A stretch of 64,000 bases of DNA from Takakia lepidozioides. Taxonomy: Eukaryota > Plantae > Bryophyta. Below the pieces are notes generated by a model. It made no database searches and had not been told where the DNA came from. It was given only the letters and a program-made list of their open reading frames with translations. The DNA is taken from assembly GCA_030704615.1 (NCBI GenBank), contig CM060732.1, forward strand, positions 78,492,001 to 78,556,000, given 5' to 3'. Below are positions 35,101 through 47,879 of this stretch, piece by piece. Position 1 is the first letter of the stretch. Every line of letters starts with the position of its first letter. The translations under genes and the position numbers were made by a program.

Positions 35101-37966
35101 ACCAAACTGTACAGCAGACCGTGTAGCAGACCGACGAATCCAGCCAGGAGATTGCCCCTCAGCAGACCGTGCAGCAGATTGACGAATCCAGCCAGCAGAT
35201 TGCCCCTCAACAGACCGTGCAGCAGACCGACGAATCCAGCCAGCAGATTGCCCCTCGGCAGACTGTGCAGCACACTGGCGAACCCACTCAGCAGATGACC
35301 AAGCAGACTATCCAGGAGACTTACAGCCAGTCTGTTCCCTGGACCTTGTGGACGAATTTCTGCTGAGTTCCCAACAACATGTTTTTGGATCTGCCAGTAT
35401 GAGTGTTTTGACCGAGTCCACTTTTCCCCAGGCACATTCACTGACGACGTCATCAGGTCACCGGTAAAGCATTCTTATCCAGCTCCTTGTGGCCTGCCTT
35501 CTATGACCTTCCAGCTTAGTCCCGTTTTCGTGCGCTCAGTGGCGAAAGCGAAAGCCATAGATGAGTCTTACGTGATGACCGAACTCAATCTGGGAACGCA
35601 AAACCGTATCATAGATCTTACAGAAGAGTCTGAGGAAGCAATTGCCGGTGGGTCTTCCATACATGTTCTTGATGTTTCCCAAGTCCATGGAGATCCGAAC
35701 ACCCAGCCGGCTGTCCACCAGACTGACCAGCACACTGAACAGTGGACACATGGAAGGACTGCCAAGCAACCTGTGGCGGGGCAGCATACTGTCTTCATTG
35801 ATGAGCAGACTGAACCACAGACTAACCAGCAGACTGCACAGGTCACAGATGGAAGGACTGGCCAGGATGGCTCGGAGCGGCAGACTGCACAGCTCAGCTT
35901 TGACTGCACAGTTCAGACTGCACGGCCTGACCAGCACACTGCACACTTTAGAGAGGGAAGGACTGACGACCAACCTGCCACCGAGCACATTGCCCACATT
36001 GAGGAAGAGACTGAACCGCAGAGTTGCCAGCAGACTGCACAGTTCACAGACGAAAGGACTGACGAAGAACCGGCGGCCGAGCAGACTGCCCACATTGAGC
36101 AACAGTCATTGCCCACATTGACACCATCTGGTGTAGCACTGGATTACATGGAGTCTGCTCCCTCACCCCTTGGGCAGGTTGTGTCATTTCTTCTTTCAGC
36201 ACTGTTGTTTATGTTTTAGCACATTGTGAAATTGGGCTAATTCGTGATTTTGCTCGGTATCCTCACAGGATGTTCGTCCCTCCGACGGCAGACTGTCTAC
36301 TTCTGAGGACATGACATCTTCCGCCCATGCTGCAAACGTGGGATCGACAACCAAGAAAGGTGTGGGGGTGAGCACGCCCCCCGATGCGCGGGTCAGTTCT
36401 ACGCATGCGACCCACAAAGCTGCAAAGACAGGTCCAGCAAGTGTAAACAAACCTGCTGACCAGCCTCTGTTGCGAAGTAGGGCGGCAGCGCTGCGTTTGT
36501 CTGCTCTATCCAGCCCGCCTACAGCTGTCCCTGCTTCCCAGGGGAGAGGCAAAGCCAAGAAGCGGATTGTCGTGGACCATGCTGAGGAGGTCGAGGAGGG
36601 TCCGAGTACCAAGAGACCGGGGAAGAAAAAGTCTGGCGTCTTTATGAACAAGAACCGCAAGCTGGCCTTGGACATGGACAAAGATGTGGGTCGTTTCCTG
36701 GAGCAGCACAGGTGAGTACTGTGCTCAGTCTCCTCGTCTGTCTTTGTCGTTAAGTGTTTTGCGCTCTGTTGTGGTCAGTCTGCACGCTGGTCAGTCTGCC
36801 GCTAGTTTCATCATTGTCTGTTGTGGTTAGTCTTGTCAGTCTGATGAATTGTTCAGCCTGTAGAGTGTTTGGTACCATGTTGACGTCAATCTGTTCAGTA
36901 CATGAGGCTTCCCGAAGGATGGTCTGCTCTGTGCAGGATGGGTGCTCGGTTTGGCAAAGCACATGCTCTGCACGTGAAGGCGGGTAATTCCATGCTGATG
37001 TTTTTTGAAGGGGACCCACGGTTTGAATGCGGACTGTCGCCGGATGACATAAAGGCACTCCAGAAGGTTGAGTCGGAATACACAGATAGACTCCTGGAGC
37101 TGTGGTGTCGATTCTATGAGAAGTCGGTTGAGGCTGCGTTCACCAACACTATTGCTGTTCTTCCAACGTCGACGTGGACGGTGTTGAAGTCATTGGGGGT
37201 GGGGCAACATGAAAGCCTTTTGGAGGTCTTGAAAGGTTGCCTCAGCACTGAACGACTGGGCAAGGACTTGAAAGAGTGCGATTTCATTTTGGTGCCAATT
37301 GGGGACGAGTAAGAACTCTTCCGAGTCTGCTGAGACTGTCTCCTGAGTCATAGTCTGGTTTCGCAGTGTCGTCTTGACTCTGAGCGATTAAGTTGACCTT
37401 TGTATTTGTGCAGTGGACTGGGTTTGAAGATTGAGTCTGCTGAGTGCTGAGTCTGCTGAGTGGTCGGTCTACTGAGTGTTAGTCTGCTGAGTCTGCCCAT
37501 CATGATTGTGCAATGACGCCATGTTGTTTGATACCATTGCAGGGGGCACTAGAGTGTTTGTATCATCGACCTCCGCAAGGGCTGTTACACTCACCTGAAC
37601 TCTATCAGGGACTCGCATAAATGTCCCTTTGTTCTAGGGTGGATTCGGAAGCTTCATGCTGAGTGCTTAGGGTACTCGATGGACTCACCAGAGTGGCATG
37701 AGATTGTCCAAGCATTTCAGTTCCACGCGCCTGATGTGCCCCAGCAACCATTCAGCTTGGAGTGTGGCTTTTACGTCATGTCATTCATTCAAGTGTTTTA
37801 TGAGTGGGTAAAAGTCAGAGCAAATGTCTTCAAGACTGCAAAGCCAGAGAGAGGAACACCTTTCACGAAGGACTGGTTTACTTTCAAATTTGCACTTGGG
37901 CAGCGAATGCAGTGTGCCCAGTATATCGTGCGGGGGTTGGACAATGTAGAGAAACTGCTCTCATGA
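32183..37966 (+). pseudogene. MULE second gene: multi-exon protein with an N-terminal C2HC-like finger, Q/T-rich repeats and a C-terminal Ulp1/C48 SUMO-protease domain; stop codon in the HW motif
   Basis: FCPFCEE..LNRHC..GC at the N-terminus. DFILVPIGDE|GH*SVCIIDL with TAG at 37550-37552. VPQQPFSLECGFYVMSFI gives the oxyanion Gln and catalytic Cys of Ulp1. GT-AG introns, for example 33134-33467. Confidence 0.75.
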
Positions 37967-38593
37967 GTATGATGTACTTGTCCTGTGAAGTCTATGTACC
38001 GAAATAAAAATTGCGAGTTTTTTCGCTTACTATTCCAGTGGTGATGAGCACTTTTGTGTACTGTGGGTGCTGGCATGTTTTGTAATGTTGTCACTAAACT
38101 CAATGGACACAATGGTGTTAATTTTTCCATGCACTATGCACCCGAGTCTGCTGAGCTTGAATGTGCGAGCAGTACGCTGCCGAGGCTAGGACTGGTGGGT
38201 CTGGTACCTAGTCTGGTAGGCACCATGTCCATGAGTCCGCTGGGACGCTGGATTGGCATGAGTCATTAGGGAGGTAGTCCACTGGAGCCTGTCCATTTTG
38301 AGTCTGCTGTTTTGGATGAGTCTGCTTGAGACTTAGTCTGTCCAGCAGTCTGCTGGAAGAGTTGCAGGGATGAGGTGGAAGTGTGGTGAGCAGATTTTTG
38401 GAGTGGGCAGCAGACTGGCTTACTGGCGCTCGCAGTCTGTTGACTGTGACTCTGTTGGGAGACTGCGTGAGTCCGTTGGGAGACTATGCTTGGGAGACTG
38501 TGTGGGAGTCAGTTGGGAGTCTGGAGGAGTCCGTTGGGAGACTGTGCATTAGTCCATTGCGGACTTGTATTTCAGAAAGGGACAATGCTACCA

Positions 38594-38785
38594 GAGGAAT
38601 TGCAGACTTATATTGTCTTCTTCGTGACACCTACACGACGTGAAACCTTGTCTCTTTTGGAGGAATTGCAGACTTATATTGTCTTCTCCGTGACACCTAC
38701 ACGACGTGAAACCTTGTCTCTTTTCGAGGCATTGCAGACTTATATTGTCTTCTTCGTGACATCTACACGACCTGAAATCTTGCGA
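38594..38785. repeat. 66-bp tandem repeat, about 3 copies, at the 3' end of the transposase
   Basis: gagg(a/c)attgcagacttatattgtcttc starts at 38594, 38660 and 38726. Confidence 0.9.
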
Positions 38786-41700
38786 ATTTTCGAGTATATA
38801 TGTGCTGCAGGTGCAGGTGCAGACACCCTCTTGCTGGTTCTCCGCAAAACCTTAGGCCGGGTTTTCCAGGCCTCCACGAAATCTCGTCTCCTTTTCAGAG
38901 ACATGTTGTTGTTGTTGTTCAGAGGACGGAAAGCCTTCGCTGCCGCAGGGTGCAACATTCCAGCCGCACTTTTCGCCAGGATATCAACGAGTTGCCCTCT
39001 GCACATATGAAGAGCAGATCGGGCATGTGCCTCCAGGTATTTGTCATCACCTACAATGTGAAGTATGTCCGCGAATTCTTGTTCCATTGAGGCTGAGACC
39101 TCCAGAGATGCCTCGTCGCAGGGGAAGTCATCCGGAGGATGTCTTTCCATGAACTGATTGGATTCGTTGTTGCCGCCAGCACCATTGCCCAAGAGCAAGT
39201 TAGGTAATCCTCCATGAATGGTTCCCAGCGCCGTGCCACAAGCGCACACAAGGAGGCCATCTTGCAGGTCAGGGTGAAGCATCTTCAGGACACGAACCTG
39301 ATGCTTGCATAAGTTTCCCTTCATTGCCCATGGGCACGTGCAACAACCCCAATCGCAATCAGGATTGTAAACAATGTATGTTGTGTCGGGGTGGTTGCTG
39401 CTGAGACGTAGGCTGGTTCACCAGGACCCAAGGGAAGAGTAACACTCTCAGCAGGAATGTCTCGTGCCGCAAGTATAGAACTGGATATGTACTTTTTGTG
39501 TTTGTCATTTCTTATGAACCCGTGGGTCTTCAAATGGATTGCGTACCAATAGTGTGTTAGCACACGGCCAATGAGTTCCCATATAAGCCAGTCCACTCTA
39601 CGACCACTCATCTTGCCTTTCCCCATGGCAAGTCTTGCCTTCAGATTTCCATGGTATGCCTCAATGCTTGCGTTTGTGTCTTGGCTCGCATGAGGGACAT
39701 GGCGGGCTGCTGTACACCACATTGCTATTTTGGGCTTCCAGTACTGTTTGATATAGTCAAGAAATTCATGTCCTTTCGGGTATTTTGACCTCATACGACG
39801 GATTCTCCTTGCCACCCACCGAAGCGTTTTTTTCTCGTTGCGTGGTCCCCCTCTACAGTACATGAGGTCTCCCATATCCTTCAACAAGTTTACAGCGGTC
39901 ACCAGATCCTTCGTTTTCTTGCATGATTGCTTCACCCATGCCTTGCGGACATGCCAAAGGCAGAGGAAAATGAGTACTCCTTCAAAAACAATTCTGCACA
40001 ACACACATGGTACACATTAGAGTCTTAGGATCGGACTGCAATGGTGGACTGCCGGAGTGGACTGTAACAGCGACCTGTATCAGCGGGCAGAGCCACTGGA
40101 CTCGCCCAGTGGACAGTACAATGCCATGACGTTGATGTGCTGGAATAACCCCATTGGACTACCTAGTGGACTTCCCCATTGGACTTCCCCTAGCTAGGAC
40201 TGGGGCAGCGGACTGCCCCATTGGACTGCCACAGTGGACTGCCGAGTGGACTTGGCAGCGGACGGCCGACCCCAGGGACTGCTGAGTGGACTTGACAGCG
40301 GACTTGGCAGCGGACTGCCGAGCGGACTTGCGGGGGACTGCCAGTGGACTTGCCAGGGGACTGATGAGCGGACTTGACAGCGGACTACCAGTGGATTTGC
40401 CCAGCGAACTGCCATCGGGTTTCGCCACAAGAGTCTGCCAGTGGACTGTAGCAATGGACTGCTGCAGTGGACCTCGACAATGGACCGGTGTTGTGGACCA
40501 ACAGACTTACCGAATAGCGTTGATTTCTGCTTCGGCATCGTCCACAATGAAGGCATTGGGTCGCCAGCTCGGCAAATCTGCGAGGAGTGAATCGCGCAAG
40601 GCTCTCATCCACGGAACCAGGTCTCTTGTCCGATTCCTTGCGGATAGGATATAGGCAACTGGTATACCGTTCAACCACTCGTCGAAGACCATCAACGTGT
40701 ACAATGGGAACTGTTGGAATGCACAATGTAAGATGGTCAGAGCATGCAAATTCCGCTCAGTTCTGCACGAGAAGACTTCATAAGAGTGATGAGGTCTGCA
40801 GCGGTTCACAATGGGTCTGCCCCTCGGTCTTCCGCAACGTACACATGAAAACATACAGAAAGGGTCAGCACACCAAATTTTATGTGAATGCTGCATGGTA
40901 CTATGCTATCATGCTCGTACAAGTCCATGGAATCGTTCGAATAGTACCTTGTCATGATTTGTCCCAAAGGTTGCATCACATGCAACGATACGGTCATGTC
41001 CTAGTTCCAGCATTCGTCGTTTCTGCCACGGAGTCTGTATGCCAATAGTGAATGTCAAATCTCCATCAAAATGCTCGAATGTTGGCTCTAATTTCTCCTC
41101 TTGATAGAAAAAAACGGACGCGGGATTCTGGTCTCTCCACATGCGCACACTCTCTGTATCATCGGCGTGCTTTTTGAAGGTTTGCCACGCACGTTTCTCG
41201 GCAAGGTTGCGAACATCTTGCTCCAACAAGAAATCATCGCGGGTCCATGCATCGCCCAAGCCGGTGTTGTTCATCACGTGCTATTTATGCTCCATCATGA
41301 TTTGGACGACCGACAGGCCTCGGCACAAACACTTGACGACCCAGGCTTTCAATTCCTCGCTAATGTGTGGTGCATAGGCGTGGCGGGTGTTCCTGAACTT
41401 GCGGACTTCCCATGCGAGGGTTTCCCTTGCGCATCTGTATGCTCCATGTTGTTGTAGTACGTGAGGACACAAATGTCAGGGGCGAGATAGCATTGTTGGA
41501 TCTTGAAACAGCATTGGCAACCACGTTTGTAAGACTCTCCATACTCCGACTTCTTTCTCCTTGGGCCTTTATGAGGGCAAGATGTTCCAGCACCCACAAG
41601 AGGTCCTTCACGCTTCTGTTTTGGATCCTCCACTATTGCCTTGTTGGTGCGCTTGTCATCAGGACCGTAGCAGCATTGATACCTGGACAGGAAATTCTAA

Positions 41701-42130
41701 AATCGATATCCAACGACTTGATGAAGCATAAAATCAGAGAACTCGTGAAACAAAAAATGGCAACAGACATGCAATGAAACGTCAAAAGGACTGAGGATGG
41801 TGCACACATAATACTGGACAGAAATGTGTTGGCTCTGGGTACTTTTCGCGAGCTGGGGTCCACTTTAGAATGGACATTCACCCAAAACTGAGTGGGGTAG
41901 TCCTCCAAACTCTCCTCTCCCAGGACGAAGTCACCAACTCTATCCCAAGGTATGCAGGCCTTTTCAACATTCACTCGCACACCCATAAACCCATATTGCG
42001 TCTCACTCTTCCAATGGAGATCCTTCCTGTTGAAGGGTCCTGGTTTTGCTGTTTGCAAACATTGTCGAAGAGGCCGTATAAGCGGGCTTTCTGTGATCAG
42101 TATATCATCGGGTTTTGCTTCCACGTCCAT
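38740..42130 (-). pseudogene. MULE DDE transposase with a C-terminal SWIM zinc finger; spliced, now with a premature stop and frameshifts
   Basis: ACDATFGTN (D1), FIVDDAEAE (D2), CLWH (CxxH), TNASIEAYH (E) and SWIM CTCPW...GNLCKHQ. TAG at 41281-41283 where the second copy has Lys. Confidence 0.85.
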
Positions 42131-42688
42131 GCCATATACAGTATAAAGGACGCGCTTCTGAACATGCAAGAAACGCGCCACAGTACAGGACACGATCGAC
42201 AACGTGCCAGGAGAATAGTGCGCACGTTCGCGGCTGCTGGCAAGTGGCAGGCGGCAGGGATGCAGGTTTGAATTGCAGCCCTAAAAATGGAGGGCTCGGA
42301 TGGGTTATGGGAATGGACGGTGGCGATCCTGCGCCGTCAGCGGACTGGATGGCAGGGGACTGGCCAGCGGACGAGCGGGCAGACTGGCGGACTGGCAGAC
42401 TGCTGGGCAGCGGACTGGCCAGCACTGGACTGGCGGGCAGACTGGCGGACTGGCAGACTACTGGGCAGCGGACTGGCAGACTGGAGGGCAGCGGACTCAT
42501 GGGCGGGGGCTGGCCGCGCGGCGGACGGGGCCGCGGGTGCTGTTGCTGCAGCCGCGCCCGCGGCTAGGCGACCGCACGCAGCGGCGGGCGGGGTGCTAGG
42601 GAGCCGGGCGTCCGTGCGCGGGGCCCACCGGCCACATCGCACGTGCCCATTGAAGACCCTATTATCTTAAAATGAGAGGCGTCTGCAC

Positions 42689-43485
42689 CAGTGTTGTACC
42701 GGTATTAAAATTTGGGCATATCAGACTGGTACTGGTATTGAATTATGGACTAAATTTGAGATATGGCAGGTCCTGGTGTTACATTAATGTTAAAAAATTA
42801 GATACTGGACTGGTATAAATAAATAGAAGTGAGTAGTTTTATTTGATCTGGTATAAATATAGATTAGTTGTTTGGGTGATACTAGTGATACATATATCCG
42901 GGTCTGGTATTAGATAAGATCATTGTAGACCTTAAAATAATAAGAGCAAATTTATTGTACCAAAATTCCTGAGTAGATATTTTAAATCAAAGAAGTATTT
43001 TCTTGAAGTCACCATAAATACAATTGTAAGTGCAACAATTGAGTGGTTGCAGAATTTGATTCAATTTTAGATGGAATCAATCCCATTAGTAGCAGGCTAA
43101 GAAGTGTAATCTACCAAGTCATCAATATATCCAGCCTCTTGCAATTCATCTTCATGATCCTTGACCAAATCAGCCTCTGAAGTAAAATTTACAGCCACTA
43201 CACTGGACATTGAAGAAGCGCCCCCCCCCCACCTATGCTATACAACAAATACTTGAGGGACTTCGCCACACAAGCTGGGGAGTACTGGTATCTACAAGGG
43301 TATGACATTAATGAATACCATACTGGTATGATAGAAGCCAGGGTATTAATTTGGGACTTATTGGGGGCAACTTGTGCATAGCCGGGGTATTTCTCTTGGT
43401 TGATATCAGGCTGGTAGGGTCCTTGATACCATTGCATATACGTGCGCACATACCAGGGAATACCCTATATACCGGTACAACACTG
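42689..43485. mobile_element. Non-autonomous hAT-like element (MITE) A
   Basis: 17-bp TIRs cagtgttgtaccggtat / ataccggtacaacactg and an 8-bp TSD gtctgcac (42681-42688, 43486-43493). Confidence 0.85.
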
Positions 43486-43493
43486 GTCTGCAC

Positions 43494-43997
43494 CAGTGTT
43501 GTTGTGCAGGTTTAGGACATACCAGACTGATCCTGGTACTAGACGTATCACAAAAATTTCATACCAGTTTGGTCTATATAATGGTGGATGTATTTTTTCC
43601 AGATACTGATATAAGTATGAGTATCATGAATCACGACCACAACACCAACTGGCATGAGATATCAATTCTGGTATCATTCCAAACTTGAATTACAAGTTTA
43701 GTGAATAGCAAGTATATTCAAGTGAAAACAAATACAATACACATAAAGAAGTAAATATACATAAGTACAAGTATGTAGGCATATGTACACATAAATTAGT
43801 GTAGTACATATACCAGAGTAAATGAGGAAGACGGCGGGGACTACTGGTATTATGGCTGTATGAAAAAACTGATACCAGCCTGGTCTGGTATATGACCAAG
43901 TATTCTCCCAAATGATACCAGACTGGTCTGGTATCTAATACCAGTGCATATACCAGTACATATACCAGTCCTTCACCTATGTACCAGTCCAACGCTG
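43494..43997. mobile_element. Non-autonomous hAT-like element B
   Basis: Ends cagtgttg / caacgctg. TSD gtctgcac at 43486-43493 and 43998-44005. Interior rich in ataccag/ctggtat motifs, like element A. Confidence 0.75.
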
Positions 43998-45098
43998 GTC
44001 TGCACTCTGTACTGTACATTACTAACAGCAGGTTGTTGTCGGGATGACAATTGGATCTTGCCAATAATCCCTTGTCAGTTTGGAGTCCAATATGACCGAA
44101 TCATCTTCAGGGGTCGTGGATAATAACCATCAGTGGCATTATATTCATTTCATCAGCAGCTCTTATTTACACTACTGCTTTGGCCGGGGACTTCTCTATT
44201 TTTAAGTTTAATTCTATTTTTTTGGGGAGAAGGGGCTGGTGCGGGCCCATGTTAAACGCCCACCGCCATAATTTGACTTTTTCAAAAATAGGACCCATGT
44301 AGTGAAAAAAATAGTGTAATTTTTTAAAAATTAACTTTTTAAAGAACTTGACTGCACATGGCGTGCGTACCTGTCTCCTCCACCCACATGCCAATTTCGA
44401 GGGCTATCAGCCCAACATCCATAACACTACCGTTGATTGTGGGGTCCATTATTCGGGCCATTGGAGAAACATATCATTTTTCGGTAGTTTTTTAGGATTT
44501 GAGTGTCGGGAACAATTGGGATTGATGCGAGATTAAATAGGGCTTCATAGGGCTTCATCCAGTTGGGATCCCTCATCCAACAAGCCAAAACAATACAATA
44601 TGGCCAACACCTGTGCTGCCACTTGGTCAAACTTGGGCAAATCCCCTCACAATGACCCTCTCACACACACGTGTGAAGAAATCTTTAGCATGAAAAAGAG
44701 AGAATCACCTTCATCAAAACCTAATCCCCTTGTTTGCACATCTTTGCTTTAAGTTGCAATTAGGGCGATCAATTGCCCAATTCTGGCAATCCATGACAGG
44801 GGCCATTCTATGGCATCGATGTCATAAAATTTGAAACAGATCTGAAAGAGCAATTTATATTTAAATAAGCCCGGAAGCCCGTTTTAGGCCTGGTGGGCTT
44901 TTAAGGGTTAACTTTATTTGGTTTGTTCTAATGTAGAAAGAGAGAAAGGGATGGAGGCCAAACGACGAAATGTTTTGTTCCGACATCAGTTTATCCAGAC
45001 CTGTTTAGCTGGATGAAATATCATCCATCAACTCTCATCCTTCATCTGCTTACGGTCCGTCGATGTGCACGTCCCATTAGTGTGAATTTGGTCAAAAC

Positions 45099-45689
45099 CA
45101 GTGTTGTACTGGTATATCCCTTTGCGCTTGGGTATGTGCAATGGTATGAGTAAGGGTATTGTAGAACATACCAGTTGGGTATGTCTTGGGGCTTATACCC
45201 CGGCTATATCCTAGACCCCAGGTTTTGAGCATTGGACCTACCCCCTACCTACACTAAATATGAACTATTTTCATACTGGGCTTGAGACTCGGATTGAGGA
45301 TTGATGAACCCAAGCTAGCATGGGTACCTGTAATGATACAATTTCTTTGTGCTTATCCTCCTTCACATTTGTGCAATGTAAAAAATAGCATTATATCTTT
45401 TCAAATTTTACCCAAAAAAATGAATAAATCATTCTCTACATATCATATCTTTATACATACATAACGTATACTCCTAATATGTACATACCATATAGACCTA
45501 GTATCTCCATTTAAAATTTGACTTAATCATGCCTAGAGTAGGTGTGTCCCACATGGCAATACTCATACCAGCCATGTACCCTACCCACGCCACTGGATCT
45601 ACACGGCCCCACCAGCTTGGCCTTAGAGGTCCATTAGGCATACCAAGACCAGTTTGGTATGCCAAAATGGACATACCAGTACAACACTG
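45099..45689. mobile_element. Non-autonomous hAT-like element C
   Basis: TIRs cagtgttgtactggtat / ataccagtacaacactg and a perfect 8-bp TSD gtcaaaac (45091-45098, 45690-45697). Confidence 0.88.
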
Positions 45690-46454
45690 GTCAAAACCTT
45701 TGTTAAAATCGTAAAGAACTGCCCAGAATTTTCCTATATTATTCAAGGTCCCTCCCTGATGGGAATATGCCTCGAAATACTCCCGCTCGAATTGGAGGAA
45801 CATTCTGCAGAATGGATGAAAATTCTGAGCCATTCTTCACGTTAGCCCGAGGCTGGCAGCCCGAAAATTGTGGAATGCCCTCGGGCAGGGGCCTTCCCCT
45901 ACTTTGGTGTTCAGGTCGTATTGCCTAGAGGACTACTGCCCTCACCTGCGGTACGCCCTCCGAAGGGTGACTTCGGACTATTCCCCTCACCGCGGTACGC
46001 CCTCCAAGGGGGGGACTTCCTCTATATGTTATTCTCACACGGAAGTTTTCATCCTGACAGGAGGATGCATCTTAGAAACCTAGGGCTAACGAAAATTGCA
46101 AGATGATATTTTTGTGTAGGTTGAGGCCGGGGGCCTTCCCAAGTGAGGGACCCTGTGCGAGGCGGTAGCCCAGTGACTTAAGTTAGGCCCCGAGTTTCAG
46201 GAAGCCCCAGGAAGCGCGCCCCCTCCCAGGGCCTTACCCTGCGTAAAGAAACAACAAGGATTTCGCATTGTGATGGCTACGATTTCCTTGAACGGACGGC
46301 TCACAAGGGCAGGTACCTTACGCCATAGGTGCTTCCTCTCCTTGACAAGAGGAACTTTACCTACTAGGTAGCACAGTGGGAGTGACGAGCCAGTCAGAGC
46401 AACTTGCTTCAGCCTGTAGGGGTCAGGCTCCAATGCGCAACTGGACGTAATGTC

Positions 46455-46919
46455 CAGTGTTGGGAGGTTCTTTGATTCAGCTACAAACCATGGGAGGTTA
46501 TCAAGAAGGTTATATGGATATATAACCGCGGTTCTAAAAGAAAACAAAGAACCGGCAAAGGCTCATACCCGCCGGTTACAAAGTTGGAAATAACTAGCCT
46601 GACAACCTCCAAAGATCTACCAAAGACCCCCCGGTTATTTGATGAAAACTGCCGGTTTTTTGAGGTTCTTACAATTAATTGGAACCGGTGGTTCTTTCCA
46701 TAAAAAAATACACGAAAAACCGGAACTGGAGGTTCTTTGATTCTAAGATTTTGTGAAAACCGGAACCGGAGGTTATGAAAGAAATCAAATTCTTACAATT
46801 AATCGAAACCGGTGGTTTTTTCCATAAAAAATATACGAAAAAACCGGAACTGGAGGTTCTTTGATTATAAGATTTTGTGAAAACCGGAACCAGAGGTTAT
46901 GAAAGAAATCTAATGACTG
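46455..46919. mobile_element. Probable hAT-like element D with aaccgg/ggttct subterminal motifs and an internal ~124-bp duplication
   Basis: Starts cagtgttg and ends gactg. Flanks are gtaatgtc and gtaatgtg. 46666-46787 is repeated at 46790-46910. Confidence 0.55.
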
Positions 46920-47879
46920 GTAATGTGACTGACACTAGGATTGAGCAGGTCATAAAGTGACTTGCTGAGCAGGTCCGTCATACTTGTCACATGACAAAGG
47001 ACACAATAAGGACACGAAATACGATATGAAAAAAAGGGACACGTGCTACAGGAAATAACAGGCCTGCTTGTAGTCAATCAAAAATTGCCACGTCGTCGAG
47101 ATGCTCTTGTTAGTGCATTGCGCTGCATAAGGTGCCATCTGAAAAATCCCTCCCCTAACGTCCTTTGCTCTGTCGCTCTTTGGACTAGGTAGTGGAGGCG
47201 AGACGGGCTCCGGGGTGTAGCCGGACACCAGTAGTGCTGAGACGCGGTAGCATCCAGGGATTCCCTGGTGTCTCGCTACACCCCGACCCCGTAGCGTAGC
47301 CGGTCAAGCCTGCCCGTCTACCGGACATAACCGAGGTGGTGGGCGGCTACGGCGGCTGATTGTTGTGGAAGGTGGTGCTGCACCGGAAGGTTTTACACAT
47401 GGTGTTTCATAGGCATTCTGTTCCGGAAGGTTTTAGCGGAAGGGCCGAGTGTCAGGATGCCCTGATAACTTATTCACATTTGGGAGACGTGGTCAAAATA
47501 CATAACCGAGGTTTGGAAACATTTTGTCTGTGCAGAGGCAGGCTAAGCGACACGTGGGCCAATCGGGCGCCACGTCGGGAAATGCCCGGCCCACGGGCAT
47601 TCACAGGCGTTCGGGCCGGCCCTCGGGCTCCCGCCCTCGTGCCGGACCTTATGACCTTATGCCCGTGAATGCCCTCGAGCCCGGGCATCCCCCCTCACGC
47701 CCCTCACGTATAGGGTAAGGCCCGAGGAGGGGGCCCTTCCTGCCCGCCACAAGGCGGTAGCTGAGTGCGGCCCCGAGTTTCAGGAAGGCCCCCCTCCTCG
47801 GCCTTACCCTGCGTAAGGAAATAGGCTCAAATTTCTTTACGAATAGACGGTTTGGATTCATCTATGTATAGCCACAATT

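Larger units (their letters stand above)
30049..42680 (-). mobile_element. Mutator-like DNA transposon (MULE), 12.6 kb, with ~380-400-bp TIRs and a 9-bp TSD
   Basis: Starts gcctctcattttaagataatagggtcttcaatgggcacgtgcgatgtggccgg and ends with its reverse complement. Flanks are gtatgcacc (30040-30048) and gtctgcacc (42681-42689). Encodes a MULE transposase and an Ulp1-like gene. The ends could extend by 1 bp. Confidence 0.92.

Noticed and set aside
44170-45082. CACTA element (cacta...tagtg)
   Set aside because: The match is limited to 5 bp, with no extended TIR and no 3-bp TSD
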